Made by a program: the position numbers and the translations under genes. The notes below the pieces were generated by a model. It was not told the DNA's origin. It did not search any database and saw nothing but the letters and a program-made list of their open reading frames with translations. Shown one piece after another: positions 12,931 to 21,297 of a DNA stretch of 24,000 nt. How positions within the stretch are numbered: the first letter of the stretch is position 1; the number at the start of each line of letters is the position of its first letter. Source of the DNA: Geoglobus acetivorans (GTDB lineage: Archaea > Halobacteriota > Archaeoglobi > Archaeoglobales > Archaeoglobaceae); contig NZ_CP087714.1 of the NCBI RefSeq assembly GCF_039641995.1, forward strand, positions 1,654,328 to 1,678,327. Reading direction: 5' to 3'.

Positions 12931-15290
12931 TGGAGAAAATTGAGATTGTTATCCAAGCAATAGACAAAGCAACCAAACCGCTTAAAGAAATTCAAAACCG
13001 AATTGGTAGTTTAGGTCAAACTATTGGCTCAGCAGGTGCGGCATTTACAAGGGCAGGCATGATGATGTCTGCTGCGGTGCTCCCAATAGTTGGAGCATTC
13101 GGTTTGGCTATTAGAACAGGAGTTGAGTTTGAGCAACAAATGAAAAATGTCCAATCTGTTGCTCAAGCATCTCAAGAAGATTTCATCAAACTTTCAGAAT
13201 TTGCACGAAAAATGGGAGAACAAACAATTTTCTCGGCTTCGGAAGCAGCCCAAGCAATGTATTACCTTGCTTCAGCAGGTTATGATGCTTCCAGAATTAT
13301 GGAAAGCTTGGAAGGTATACTAGATCTTGCAGCAGCAACTCAAACAGATCTGGCTTTCGCAACTGAAACAGTTCTTTCAGTCTTAAATTCATTTGGCATG
13401 GAAGCTAAAGAAGCAACAAAAATCTCTGACAAGTTTGCTGCAACGATTTCAGGATCACAAGCAACCATGGAAAAATTGGCATATTCGATGAGATATGTTG
13501 CTCCTCTTTTTAAGAGCTTAGGATATACTATAGATGAATTACTCGTAGCTCTTGGAGGACTTTATAATGCAGGTTATAGAGGAGAGCAAGCTGGAACAAT
13601 CTTGAGAGGCGCTTTATCGAGGCTTATTGACCCTACTAAAGAAGTTTTAGAGACAATCAGTAGGTTGGGTTTGGAGATATATGAGCTTACTCCAGCAGCA
13701 TTGGAAATAAAAAGACAGTTCGACAAACAGAGTGAAGCTCTGAGAGAGCTTAGAGAAGAATATGAAAAGACAATAAACGCAATGTCTGAGATGAACGATG
13801 AAATGAGCAAACTTGCCGACAAGGAAGCAAGACTGAGACTTGAGATAAAGAAAATAAGATATAAAGCAGCCAAAGAGGGAAGAGAATTAACAGAAGATGA
13901 GAAAAAGCAGATTAAAGAGCTTGAACTTGCAATAGATGAGTTAAGCATCAGGCAAGATGAGTTGAGACTAAAATATAAAGAACTATCAAGAACTAAAGAG
14001 GAACAGATTGCCCAGATTAAATCTTTAGAATCTGCAGTCGAAGCTCTTGCTGAGAAATTTGCGAAGAGCCCTAAGAAACTCAAGCAATTCAAAATATTGA
14101 TGGAAGAATTCAGGAAAACATCAATGACAGCAGCAGATGCTGTAAAGATCTTTGGACAAGAAGCAGGACCAGGAATGATGGCTTTGATTAGCCAATATGG
14201 GACTGAGGCTCTTGATATGCTTGAAGAGAAAATCAAGAATGCAAGTGGTGCTGCTAAAGAAATGGCTGAAATTCAGCTAAAATCAACAGCTGGAGCTTTG
14301 AAGGAGCTAAAATCAAAAATAGAAGACATTCAAATTACAATTTTTGAAGAACTCAAAGACGAGATAGATGCACTCATCAATACGATTAAAGAAAATATGC
14401 CTGCTATTAAAGAATTTACTAAAGAATTTACAGAAAATATGGTGCCTGCTGCAAAAACATTCGGAGAAATACTCTTAGATTTAATGAAAACGTTCAACAA
14501 GTTACCGGCTCCAGTAAAAGAGTCAGTAGCTAGGTTTTCTGCTTTAGCTGTCGTTTTCATGGCTGTTGGCGGACCGATGTTGATGGTTTTAGGAGGAGCT
14601 ATGCAAGTAGTAGGAGCTATGATCTCAATTGGCTCAGCAATAAGTGGCTTGATTGGTGGGGGTGGAATACTAGCCACTCTTGTTGCTTTATTAGGGCCAG
14701 TGGGAGTTGCATTACTAGCTCTTGCGGCTGCAGCAGCTGTACTCTATGCTGCTTGGGTAAATAATTGGTTTGGAATCAGAGACAAGACTAAAGAACTGGT
14801 AGAAAAACTCTCTAAATCCATATCCGGCTTCTGGAAGTGGTTTGTGAATGCATGGAGTGGAGGATGGAAACGGATTAAAGAGGGCAGCATCAACACCTTA
14901 GCAACTCTTGGCAAAATATTCGGTAATGCACTAAGTTTGATCTATAATAATATCGTGGCAAAGTTTGTTGAAGGCTTCATCAATGCGATTAATACTGTTA
15001 TTGGTAGTGTTAACAAGTTTATAGCTTTTATGAGTACTGTCCCTTATATTGGCGAAAAACTCAAGGACGTATCAATCCCAACCCTTAAGATCCCAAACAT
15101 CAGGATAGACCTCGGACCGGCGATAGAGGCAAGGATTCTCGGACTCAAGGGGACCGAGATAAACAACAGCGTTACAGTGAATGTGAACGTTCAGACGGAT
15201 GCAGATCCGGATGTTATTGCTGATAGAGTCGGCAGAGTTGTTCTGAGAAAACTTGCAGATGCATACACTGTCAGGAGGGGGATGATTTGA
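12930..15290 (+). CDS. tail tape measure protein
   Basis: 786 aa. N-terminal TP901-type TMP core (…FEQQMKNVQSVAQAS…SASEAAQAMYYLASAGYDA…LDLAAATQTDL…), long coiled coils and a Gly-rich hydrophobic segment (GGPMLMVLGGAMQVVGAMISIGSAISGLIGGGGILATL…). At ~0.15 nm per residue the length implies a tail of roughly 115-120 nm. Confidence 0.85.
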   Translation: MEKIEIVIQAIDKATKPLKEIQNRIGSLGQTIGSAGAAFTRAGMMMSAAVLPIVGAFGLAIRTGVEFEQQMKNVQSVAQASQEDFIKLSEFARKMGEQTIFSASEAAQAMYYLASAGYDASRIMESLEGILDLAAATQTDLAFATETVLSVLNSFGMEAKEATKISDKFAATISGSQATMEKLAYSMRYVAPLFKSLGYTIDELLVALGGLYNAGYRGEQAGTILRGALSRLIDPTKEVLETISRLGLEIYELTPAALEIKRQFDKQSEALRELREEYEKTINAMSEMNDEMSKLADKEARLRLEIKKIRYKAAKEGRELTEDEKKQIKELELAIDELSIRQDELRLKYKELSRTKEEQIAQIKSLESAVEALAEKFAKSPKKLKQFKILMEEFRKTSMTAADAVKIFGQEAGPGMMALISQYGTEALDMLEEKIKNASGAAKEMAEIQLKSTAGALKELKSKIEDIQITIFEELKDEIDALINTIKENMPAIKEFTKEFTENMVPAAKTFGEILLDLMKTFNKLPAPVKESVARFSALAVVFMAVGGPMLMVLGGAMQVVGAMISIGSAISGLIGGGGILATLVALLGPVGVALLALAAAAAVLYAAWVNNWFGIRDKTKELVEKLSKSISGFWKWFVNAWSGGWKRIKEGSINTLATLGKIFGNALSLIYNNIVAKFVEGFINAINTVIGSVNKFIAFMSTVPYIGEKLKDVSIPTLKIPNIRIDLGPAIEARILGLKGTEINNSVTVNVNVQTDADPDVIADRVGRVVLRKLADAYTVRRGMI

Positions 15291-17452
15291 GCTACACGAT
15301 AACTGTTGATGGGCAGGTGATCGCAGACCCTTCAAACGACATCCTCATTTATCCTTCGGAACTCAGCAGGAAGTTTGCAGAGGACTCAGACACTCTCAGA
15401 CTGCTGCTCCGGGACGATGGGGTTTCTAATTCGATTAATGTTGGGAAGAGGATTACTGCTGAATTCAAAATGCCATTAACACAATTAGAATTTGACAACA
15501 ATGGAGGGGGTGTCTGGTCAAGATATATCAATATTCCATTTTCTTCAGCAGCTTCCAAATACGCACAATACAAAATAGTAATTAGTTCGAACAATCTTAC
15601 AATTTATTCAGCTGACGGTGCTCAAAAAATACAATGGGGTGGTATCACTGACTTCTGGGAAAAAGTAAAGTCGGATGGTAGCGATATAAGACTTTTTAAT
15701 CAAACACACAGGACGAGTAAGAATTACAGCGATTATCAACTTTATTTCTGGCTTGAAAAATTCGATTACATAAACCGAACTGCAGTGATATGGGTAAGAA
15801 TAGATGCAAACACATCAGAGTTAAATATAGCGTATGGAAATGCATTCGCTACAATAAGTGGATACCATGATGGCGAACGAGTATTCGACTTCTTTGACGA
15901 TTTTGAAACAGATTTAAGCAAATGGTCAATTGCTGCTACATCAAGTACCTCAGTAGTGCGAATAACCAGCAATAAATATTATACTGGTTCAAAATCTGTA
16001 GAAGTTTATCAAACAGTTGACGATGGAGACACAGCACTAAAGCACTATATAGGAACGTATAGAACAGGCGTCTTAGAATGGATGTTCTATGACGATATCG
16101 ACATAACAGGTACTCATGCAGTAGGTGAAGATTCGGTTTTTGTAGGGATAACTACCTCTGGCAACAATTATTTTTGGAGGGTGGGCAGTAAATGGTATGA
16201 TACGGGAGTACCTCGCTCGACTGGGTGGCATTCGATCAAATTGATTTTTACAGGGACAGAAACAAAAGTGTATATAGACGATACATATATTGCATCAACG
16301 ACAAATGTAGGGATGCTAAATGCGATAAGCATCCTGAGTGTATGGTCTGTCAGTGGTCCCGGACTATACCAGGATTGTGTTCGCCTGTACAATCTTGAAG
16401 ATCCTATAACTTTCGGCATTCCTAAAGTAATAAAAATTGCGATTGAGCGCAAGTTCTCAGGCGTGGTCATCTCCAAGAAAAACACCTATGTCGATAACAA
16501 ACCAGCTCTCGAAATCAGCTGTGCTGACATCTCCTCAATCTTCGCAAGGCGTTTTGTTGCTGAAAGCTATGCCAATCAGACGATAGAGGCAATTGTCAGT
16601 GATTTAATCACAAAATACGCATCCGACATAGTCAACGCAACTTACATCGCCACGACAGGTGTAACCCTCACCATAGACTTCCGCTACAAATCCCTCAAGG
16701 ACTGTCTGAACCGCCTCGCAGAGCTTTCGGGCTGCATGTGGTTCGTTGATGAGAACAACAACCTCTACTTCGACTACGCAAACAACCTGAAAACCTCAAC
16801 ATCCAAAACAATAGATTCAGTTGAGGAATACGACATTCAGGAGAGTGCAGACATAATAAACAGAGTTTACATCTACGGGGGGCTTGACAGCAACAATGTC
16901 AGGGTTGCAGTCCAGATGGAGGATCCGAACTCAATCGCAACTTATGGTGCCTTCGAGAAAGTCATCTTCGACTACGAGATTACATCTCAGGATCAGGCTA
17001 AGCTCATCGGCTCGGCCATCCTCACCGAGAACGCACAGCCAGTAACCAGCGTCGAAGCTTCGTTCAGGGATCAGGATGTCGACGTCGGAGAGATCGTAAC
17101 TCTGAACATCACGAAGGAGAACTTCAGCAGACAGCTCCTCATAAAGCAGCTCGATGAAACCATATATCACAACAGAATTATTCAGAGAGCTGTTTTCGAA
17201 TCCTTCAGGAAGGATGCAGTCACCATTCTTGAATCCATGGACGAGAGGGTTGCGAAGCTTGAACAGCAGCAGGTTGACCTCGCAGACACTTTCGTCAAGC
17301 TCACGATTCTTTCAGAAGATCTTGGGCTGAAAGAGGCCATGAAGATGTACTACCGTGATTACTCTTCCTCATTCGTCCTCGGTCAGGCGAAGCTCGGTAA
17401 AAACAAGCTCGGGGAGGGTGCTAATTACTGGGTTTTGACAAGGGAGGTATGA
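15287..17452 (+). CDS. distal tail / baseplate protein with inserted DUF2341-like and LamG/ConA-like lectin domains
   Basis: TTG start overlapping the TMP stop (TTGA). N-terminus SYTITVDGQVI… is like Dit-type proteins. The central AT-rich part carries DGSDIRLFNQ…YFWLEKFD…AVIWVRIDANTSELNIAYGN (DUF2341-like), then a jelly-roll-like DFFDDFETDLSKW…WHSIKLIFTGTETKVYIDD. The C-terminal part is phage-tail-protein-like. Confidence 0.6.
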   Translation: MSYTITVDGQVIADPSNDILIYPSELSRKFAEDSDTLRLLLRDDGVSNSINVGKRITAEFKMPLTQLEFDNNGGGVWSRYINIPFSSAASKYAQYKIVISSNNLTIYSADGAQKIQWGGITDFWEKVKSDGSDIRLFNQTHRTSKNYSDYQLYFWLEKFDYINRTAVIWVRIDANTSELNIAYGNAFATISGYHDGERVFDFFDDFETDLSKWSIAATSSTSVVRITSNKYYTGSKSVEVYQTVDDGDTALKHYIGTYRTGVLEWMFYDDIDITGTHAVGEDSVFVGITTSGNNYFWRVGSKWYDTGVPRSTGWHSIKLIFTGTETKVYIDDTYIASTTNVGMLNAISILSVWSVSGPGLYQDCVRLYNLEDPITFGIPKVIKIAIERKFSGVVISKKNTYVDNKPALEISCADISSIFARRFVAESYANQTIEAIVSDLITKYASDIVNATYIATTGVTLTIDFRYKSLKDCLNRLAELSGCMWFVDENNNLYFDYANNLKTSTSKTIDSVEEYDIQESADIINRVYIYGGLDSNNVRVAVQMEDPNSIATYGAFEKVIFDYEITSQDQAKLIGSAILTENAQPVTSVEASFRDQDVDVGEIVTLNITKENFSRQLLIKQLDETIYHNRIIQRAVFESFRKDAVTILESMDERVAKLEQQQVDLADTFVKLTILSEDLGLKEAMKMYYRDYSSSFVLGQAKLGKNKLGEGANYWVLTREV

Positions 17453-17455
17453 TCA

Positions 17456-17905
17456 ATGCAGATTGCAAATAAGTTGGGATTGAAGGGAATTGCTGAGATA
17501 TATGTGAGAGAGGCGGGGGGAGAATGGAAGCTGATAAGGAGAGTCCCAAACATCCTGACTGACGACTTCCTCTCAAAGATCATGGACACCCAGACACCTT
17601 CAGCATACGGATATTTTGCAGTTGGAGATGGCTCCGGAACTCCAAGCGGGAGTGATACGGCTCTCTTCAACGAAACATTCAGAAAAGCTGTCTCAAGCAC
17701 GATAAAAGAGACCCAGAGTGACTTTTACTATAAGTGGGAGTGCTACATAACCACGACAGAGTACACAGGTAACATCAGCGAGTTCGGGCTTTTTGATGCT
17801 GCATCAGCTGGAAACATGATGAATCACATCGCATTCGCTTCTTTTTATAAGTCTAACACAATGGAGGTCCGTATAGATTACTACCTGTATTTAACGAGGC
17901 TGTGA
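17456..17905 (+). CDS. tail/baseplate-associated protein (149 aa)
   Basis: Positioned between the distal tail protein and the fibre. The pattern FAVGDGSGTPSGSDTALFNE…ISEFGLFDA recurs in phage tail proteins, but I cannot name the family. Confidence 0.45.
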   Translation: MQIANKLGLKGIAEIYVREAGGEWKLIRRVPNILTDDFLSKIMDTQTPSAYGYFAVGDGSGTPSGSDTALFNETFRKAVSSTIKETQSDFYYKWECYITTTEYTGNISEFGLFDAASAGNMMNHIAFASFYKSNTMEVRIDYYLYLTRL

Positions 17906-17914
17906 GGTGGTAGA

Positions 17915-19252
17915 ATGGGATTTAATGTTCAGGATGGAGAAATTCTGTATTCCCTGCATCTGAAAAACATAGTGCAGGGTATCAACTGGAAGGGAGTCGT
18001 TTCTGGCTGCCAGGTTACTCCGTATTCCGGCATGACACTCGATGTGAGTGCCGGCAGCGTTCTTTACGGTACGACCGAATACAGCGTGAGCGCAACCCAG
18101 GTAACCCTCTCAGCAGCTCCGACAGCTCCGAATGAGAGAATCGATGTGATTGTATGGGACTACAACAATGGCAGCCCTATTATAACAGTCCTTGAAGGAA
18201 CTCCTTCAGACCCATCAGTCTCTCCACCACAGGCTCCTGCAATAAGCGACACTCAGGTTGCTCTCGCTCAGGTTAGAGTGCAGGGAGGGGCAACTGCGAT
18301 AGTGGCTGAGGATATAACAGACCTCAGAATTGGAATTGATAATCTGAGGAACTGGCTGAGCAGCGTTAATGATGATCTGTTCTCCATCAAAGCTCAGCTA
18401 ATTGATCTTGTGTTCATACATGATACTGAATATTTTTTGAATAAAGAGAGACTTGATTTTGCAGAAGTGTGGTTCTTTGATGGATCTGAAACATTTGACG
18501 TCCTCAATAATGTAACTGTAGACTCCGCAAACAAGCAACTTCACAACAAGAATGTCATCGGTGATTTTGAAACGGGCTGGGATGGATGGACAGCATCAGG
18601 CAGTGCAGCAAGAATATCAAGCGGTTCATATTTTGGGTGGGCATCAAGTGGCACTTATTCTGCTGGAATTAATAAGTATATCTATGCATCAAGTGACAGC
18701 GGATCCATCGTCCAAAATTTCGATTTGACAGATGTTGATTATATTTATTTTGATTATAACATCAAAGCTGATGACGGATATCTTTATTTCAAAATTGATG
18801 GCACAACCTTAGTCACCAAATCTTCTATTAATTATGCTGAATCAACTGGTAATGTATTTGTAGATGTTACCTCTTACACTGGTACCCATGAGCTTCGATT
18901 TGATTTTACAGTATCAGGTGGTTGGGGTGGGAGTGGTCAATGGGTAAGATCTTTAGTTGATAACATTGCATTAATCAGAACAAGCTACCTTCAGCACAAT
19001 CTAACTCAGAACGCTGTAAACAATGTGTTGATAATAATACCAGACACAGATGCAAGCAAACTTGGGAATACTATAAGAGTTTATGTTACAGATGGAGTGA
19101 ATACAACAGAAATCACACAGAACAAAACTGCAGTTGCTGTAAACCTATCAAAAATGGATGTTAAAATTGAATTTGATAAAACAAACATCAGAAACGCAAA
19201 TCAGTGGTTTGAATCTCTGGACAACTTTGCAATTCTCTGGGAGGAGATATAA
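17915..19252 (+). CDS. tail fibre / receptor-binding protein with low-GC C-terminal carbohydrate-binding-like domain
   Basis: N-terminus is typical of phage fibre proteins (…LDVSAGSVLYGTTEY…ERIDVIVWD…VALAQVRVQGGATAIVAEDITDLR). The C-terminal AT-rich half has jelly-roll/CBM-like features (GDFETGWDGW…VQNFDLTDVDYIYFDY…LRFDF). Confidence 0.65.
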   Translation: MGFNVQDGEILYSLHLKNIVQGINWKGVVSGCQVTPYSGMTLDVSAGSVLYGTTEYSVSATQVTLSAAPTAPNERIDVIVWDYNNGSPIITVLEGTPSDPSVSPPQAPAISDTQVALAQVRVQGGATAIVAEDITDLRIGIDNLRNWLSSVNDDLFSIKAQLIDLVFIHDTEYFLNKERLDFAEVWFFDGSETFDVLNNVTVDSANKQLHNKNVIGDFETGWDGWTASGSAARISSGSYFGWASSGTYSAGINKYIYASSDSGSIVQNFDLTDVDYIYFDYNIKADDGYLYFKIDGTTLVTKSSINYAESTGNVFVDVTSYTGTHELRFDFTVSGGWGGSGQWVRSLVDNIALIRTSYLQHNLTQNAVNNVLIIIPDTDASKLGNTIRVYVTDGVNTTEITQNKTAVAVNLSKMDVKIEFDKTNIRNANQWFESLDNFAILWEEI

Positions 19253-19443
19253 TGAGAATTGAAAATAAGGAGAAGCTTGAAAAGAAGAAAAAACTGAAAA
19301 TCAGGGAAGAAGCAAAGAGAAAACTCATTACAAACAAGCAGCTGAGCTTGGAGGAGAGGGTAAGACTTCTCGAAATTGCGGTGTTTGGCAAGACAATTGA
19401 TGAGCTTCTGATTGAGGAGAAATACAAAAGAGAGAGGACATGA
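19252..19443 (+). CDS. small Lys/Glu-rich coiled-coil protein (63 aa)
   Basis: TAATG overlap with the fibre gene. Highly charged helical sequence. Confidence 0.45.
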   Translation: MRIENKEKLEKKKKLKIREEAKRKLITNKQLSLEERVRLLEIAVFGKTIDELLIEEKYKRERT

Positions 19444-19569
19444 CCTAAAACCAGATGCCCTTCCGATTCAAAACACATTTTGACATTAAAATTTTTATGA
19501 ATCAATTACTCAGTAGAATTCATGACGATTACTTTCGGTTCATCAGCATATTCCCATTTAAGGAGGGTA

Positions 19570-20157
19570 ATGATTTTCATAGATGGAGGGTATTTTAAGA
19601 GAGTCGTTGACAGACACTTTGGCGATGGAAAAAGCAAGGATCCGGAGGTAATGTCCAGAACTTTGAACCATCTGATCTCAGATATATTGCGCAACAGTAG
19701 TTTTGCCCCAAACTCCAAGCCTGAGTTGATCAGGTCATACTATTATGACGCAAAGTTCTCTCCTGAGGATGATGAGTTCAAAGACCAGAACAATTATTTT
19801 GAAGAAATTCGAGGATATATAAATTATCCATTCGAAATGAAATTCGGAAGACTTATCAGGGCTGGAAAAGATAGGCGAGAGAAGAGACAGAAGGGTGTTG
19901 ATGTATTGTTATCTGTGGATATGGTCACCAAAGCGTTTCTCGATCATTATGATGTAGCGGTTCTGGTTGCAGGAGATCAGGATTTTCTCGATGCAATAAG
20001 GGTGGTTAAAGACTTCTCTGGAAAGAAAGTTGCTGGTTATTTCGTTCCAGCGAATAATGCACCTCCGAACACCTCTGAAGAGTTGATAAAGAGCCTTGAT
20101 TTCAAGTTCCCGAGACTTCCAACACCGCTTTTTGATGACTTGAAGCTTGAAGATTGA
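19570..20157 (+). CDS. NYN/LabA-like (PIN-fold) nuclease-domain protein
   Basis: Motifs VMIFIDGGY, KGVDVLLSVDM and AVLVAGDQDFLDAI match the NYN/LabA (DUF88) Asp signature. I prefer the ATG at 19570, which has AGGAGG 3 nt upstream, over the track start at 19522. Confidence 0.7.
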   Translation: MIFIDGGYFKRVVDRHFGDGKSKDPEVMSRTLNHLISDILRNSSFAPNSKPELIRSYYYDAKFSPEDDEFKDQNNYFEEIRGYINYPFEMKFGRLIRAGKDRREKRQKGVDVLLSVDMVTKAFLDHYDVAVLVAGDQDFLDAIRVVKDFSGKKVAGYFVPANNAPPNTSEELIKSLDFKFPRLPTPLFDDLKLED

Positions 20158-20176
20158 TCGATAAATATTCCCACTC

Positions 20177-20968
20177 TTAACAGTCCAAAATCCTAAAATC
20201 TTTCCAATATTTGTCGTAAATTTTTTTCAGCTCTTCTTCGTCCTGGAAGTCGTAGTGTGATAAATCAACATCTCCAGCTGTTGAGTGTCCCATCAGAATC
20301 TTCTTCACTGCAGTTGGCATCCCCAGCCTGTCGCTCTGCTGGCTGAAGAACTTCCTCATGTGCTTCATTCTCAAACTCGTGTTTAATTTCCCGAAGTGGT
20401 ACAGTAGAGACTTCTTGGAGAAGAGAGGCTTGTCAGGTTTAACTACGGATAGATATTCCTGCAGAACTTCTTGGGCCTCTCTGGAGAAAAAAGTTACCCT
20501 GTCTTCATAGTCCTTGGCAAATTCTGCCCTGACATATATAGTTCTGTTTTCAGCATCAATATCCTTCCACATGAGATTGTACAGCTCCTCAGCCCTTATT
20601 CCGGACGTGGCAGATAAAAGCGTGGCAGACTTCACTTTCAAGGCATACCTCTCTCTAAGCTTACTGTCCGCCTCGGTGAGTATCTGTCTTATGTCTTTGG
20701 GCTTGATCACATGCTTTCTTCGCTTAGGTATCCTCGGAAGCTTGATATCGTCAGCTAAGGAGTGATTTATGAATTTCAGGAATTTCCTAATGCGGATAAG
20801 CTTGTTTCTGACACTCTTCGGGCTGTAACTGTTTTTTAATCTATTTATATAAATAATTATGTCATCATCGTTTAAATCGTAAGAACAGGCCTCTAAAAAG
20901 CTCAGAATATCGGATTTGTATGCTTTCAATTCCTGTGTGGAAATGTGCGACAGTTCCAGTCTCTTCAC
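20177..20968 (-). CDS. int: tyrosine recombinase (integrase); start uncertain, possibly the C-terminal part of a partitioned SSV-type integrase
   Basis: Catalytic-region motifs SGIRAEEL, KHMRKFF and LMGHSTAGDVDLSHY, with an N-terminal SAM-like core-binding region. There is no in-frame ATG between the tRNA and residue ~190; the nearest candidate start is the GTG at 20968. The ORF stays open through the whole tRNA gene up to 21115. Confidence 0.8.
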   Translation of the reverse strand: MKRLELSHISTQELKAYKSDILSFLEACSYDLNDDDIIIYINRLKNSYSPKSVRNKLIRIRKFLKFINHSLADDIKLPRIPKRRKHVIKPKDIRQILTEADSKLRERYALKVKSATLLSATSGIRAEELYNLMWKDIDAENRTIYVRAEFAKDYEDRVTFFSREAQEVLQEYLSVVKPDKPLFSKKSLLYHFGKLNTSLRMKHMRKFFSQQSDRLGMPTAVKKILMGHSTAGDVDLSHYDFQDEEELKKIYDKYWKDFRILDC

Positions 20969-21003
20969 AAACTCATCAAACGGCTCAAATAACGAAAAGC
21001 TAT

Positions 21004-21086
21004 GCGGGGGGCGGGATTTGAACCCGCGGACCCCTCCGGGACAGGGTCTTAAGCCCTGCGCCTTTTCCTGGCTCGGCAACCCCCGC
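21004..21086 (-). tRNA. tRNA-Leu (anticodon UAA), class II with long variable arm; no encoded CCA
   Basis: The reverse complement folds by hand. Acceptor GCGGGGG/CCCCCGC. D arm GCC…GGC. Anticodon stem CAGGG/CCCTG with loop CTTAAGA. Variable arm CCCGGAGGG. T arm GCGGG-TTCAAAT-CCCGC. Confidence 0.9.
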
Positions 21087-21297
21087 AGCGGAAATGGCGA
21101 CCAATTGCCGATCAATGGAGCTCCCGGCTGATTTGCAGTTTTCAGCTGTATTGGCTTGCGCGTGTGCGCTGAAGGTCAATAGCCTAGACCTGTGAAGTAC
21201 TTATGAAGTTTGTGGTAATGCTGAGACTGGACAGTGTTGTTAGTAGCCTTATCTGGCAGAATTGAGGGACAGATTTTTGGAAAAATAATATGAAGCA

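Larger units (their letters stand above)
1..21003. mobile_element. Integrated tailed (HK97-type, siphovirus-like) archaeal provirus, right-hand part; left end is outside the window
   Basis: Contiguous + strand block of protease, MCP, connector, tail tube, chaperone, tape measure and fibre genes. It ends in a tyrosine integrase immediately next to the 3' end of a tRNA-Leu gene. Many ATGA/TAATG/GTGA/TTGA start-stop overlaps, typical of viral morphogenesis operons. Confidence 0.85.

Noticed and set aside
13574-14677. - strand ORFs 13574-14236 and 14330-14677 inside the tape measure gene
   Set aside because: Their Ser/Leu/Ile-rich low-complexity translations mirror the coiled-coil codons of the TMP, so they are antisense artefacts.
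20969-21115. N-terminal 49 residues of the integrase ORF as given by the track (start at 21115), and + strand ORF 20916-21131
   Set aside because: This stretch is the tRNA-Leu gene itself, and the ATG at 21115 lies upstream of the tRNA in host DNA. It is not accepted as a genuine start. The open frame is kept only as evidence for a possibly partitioned integrase.
21087-21297. Possible small ORF (20 aa, MKFVVMLRLD…) or ncRNA, and the GCGCGTGTGCGC palindrome, upstream of the tRNA
   Set aside because: Too short and featureless to support. No convincing TATA box for the tRNA could be identified either, so nothing is called here.
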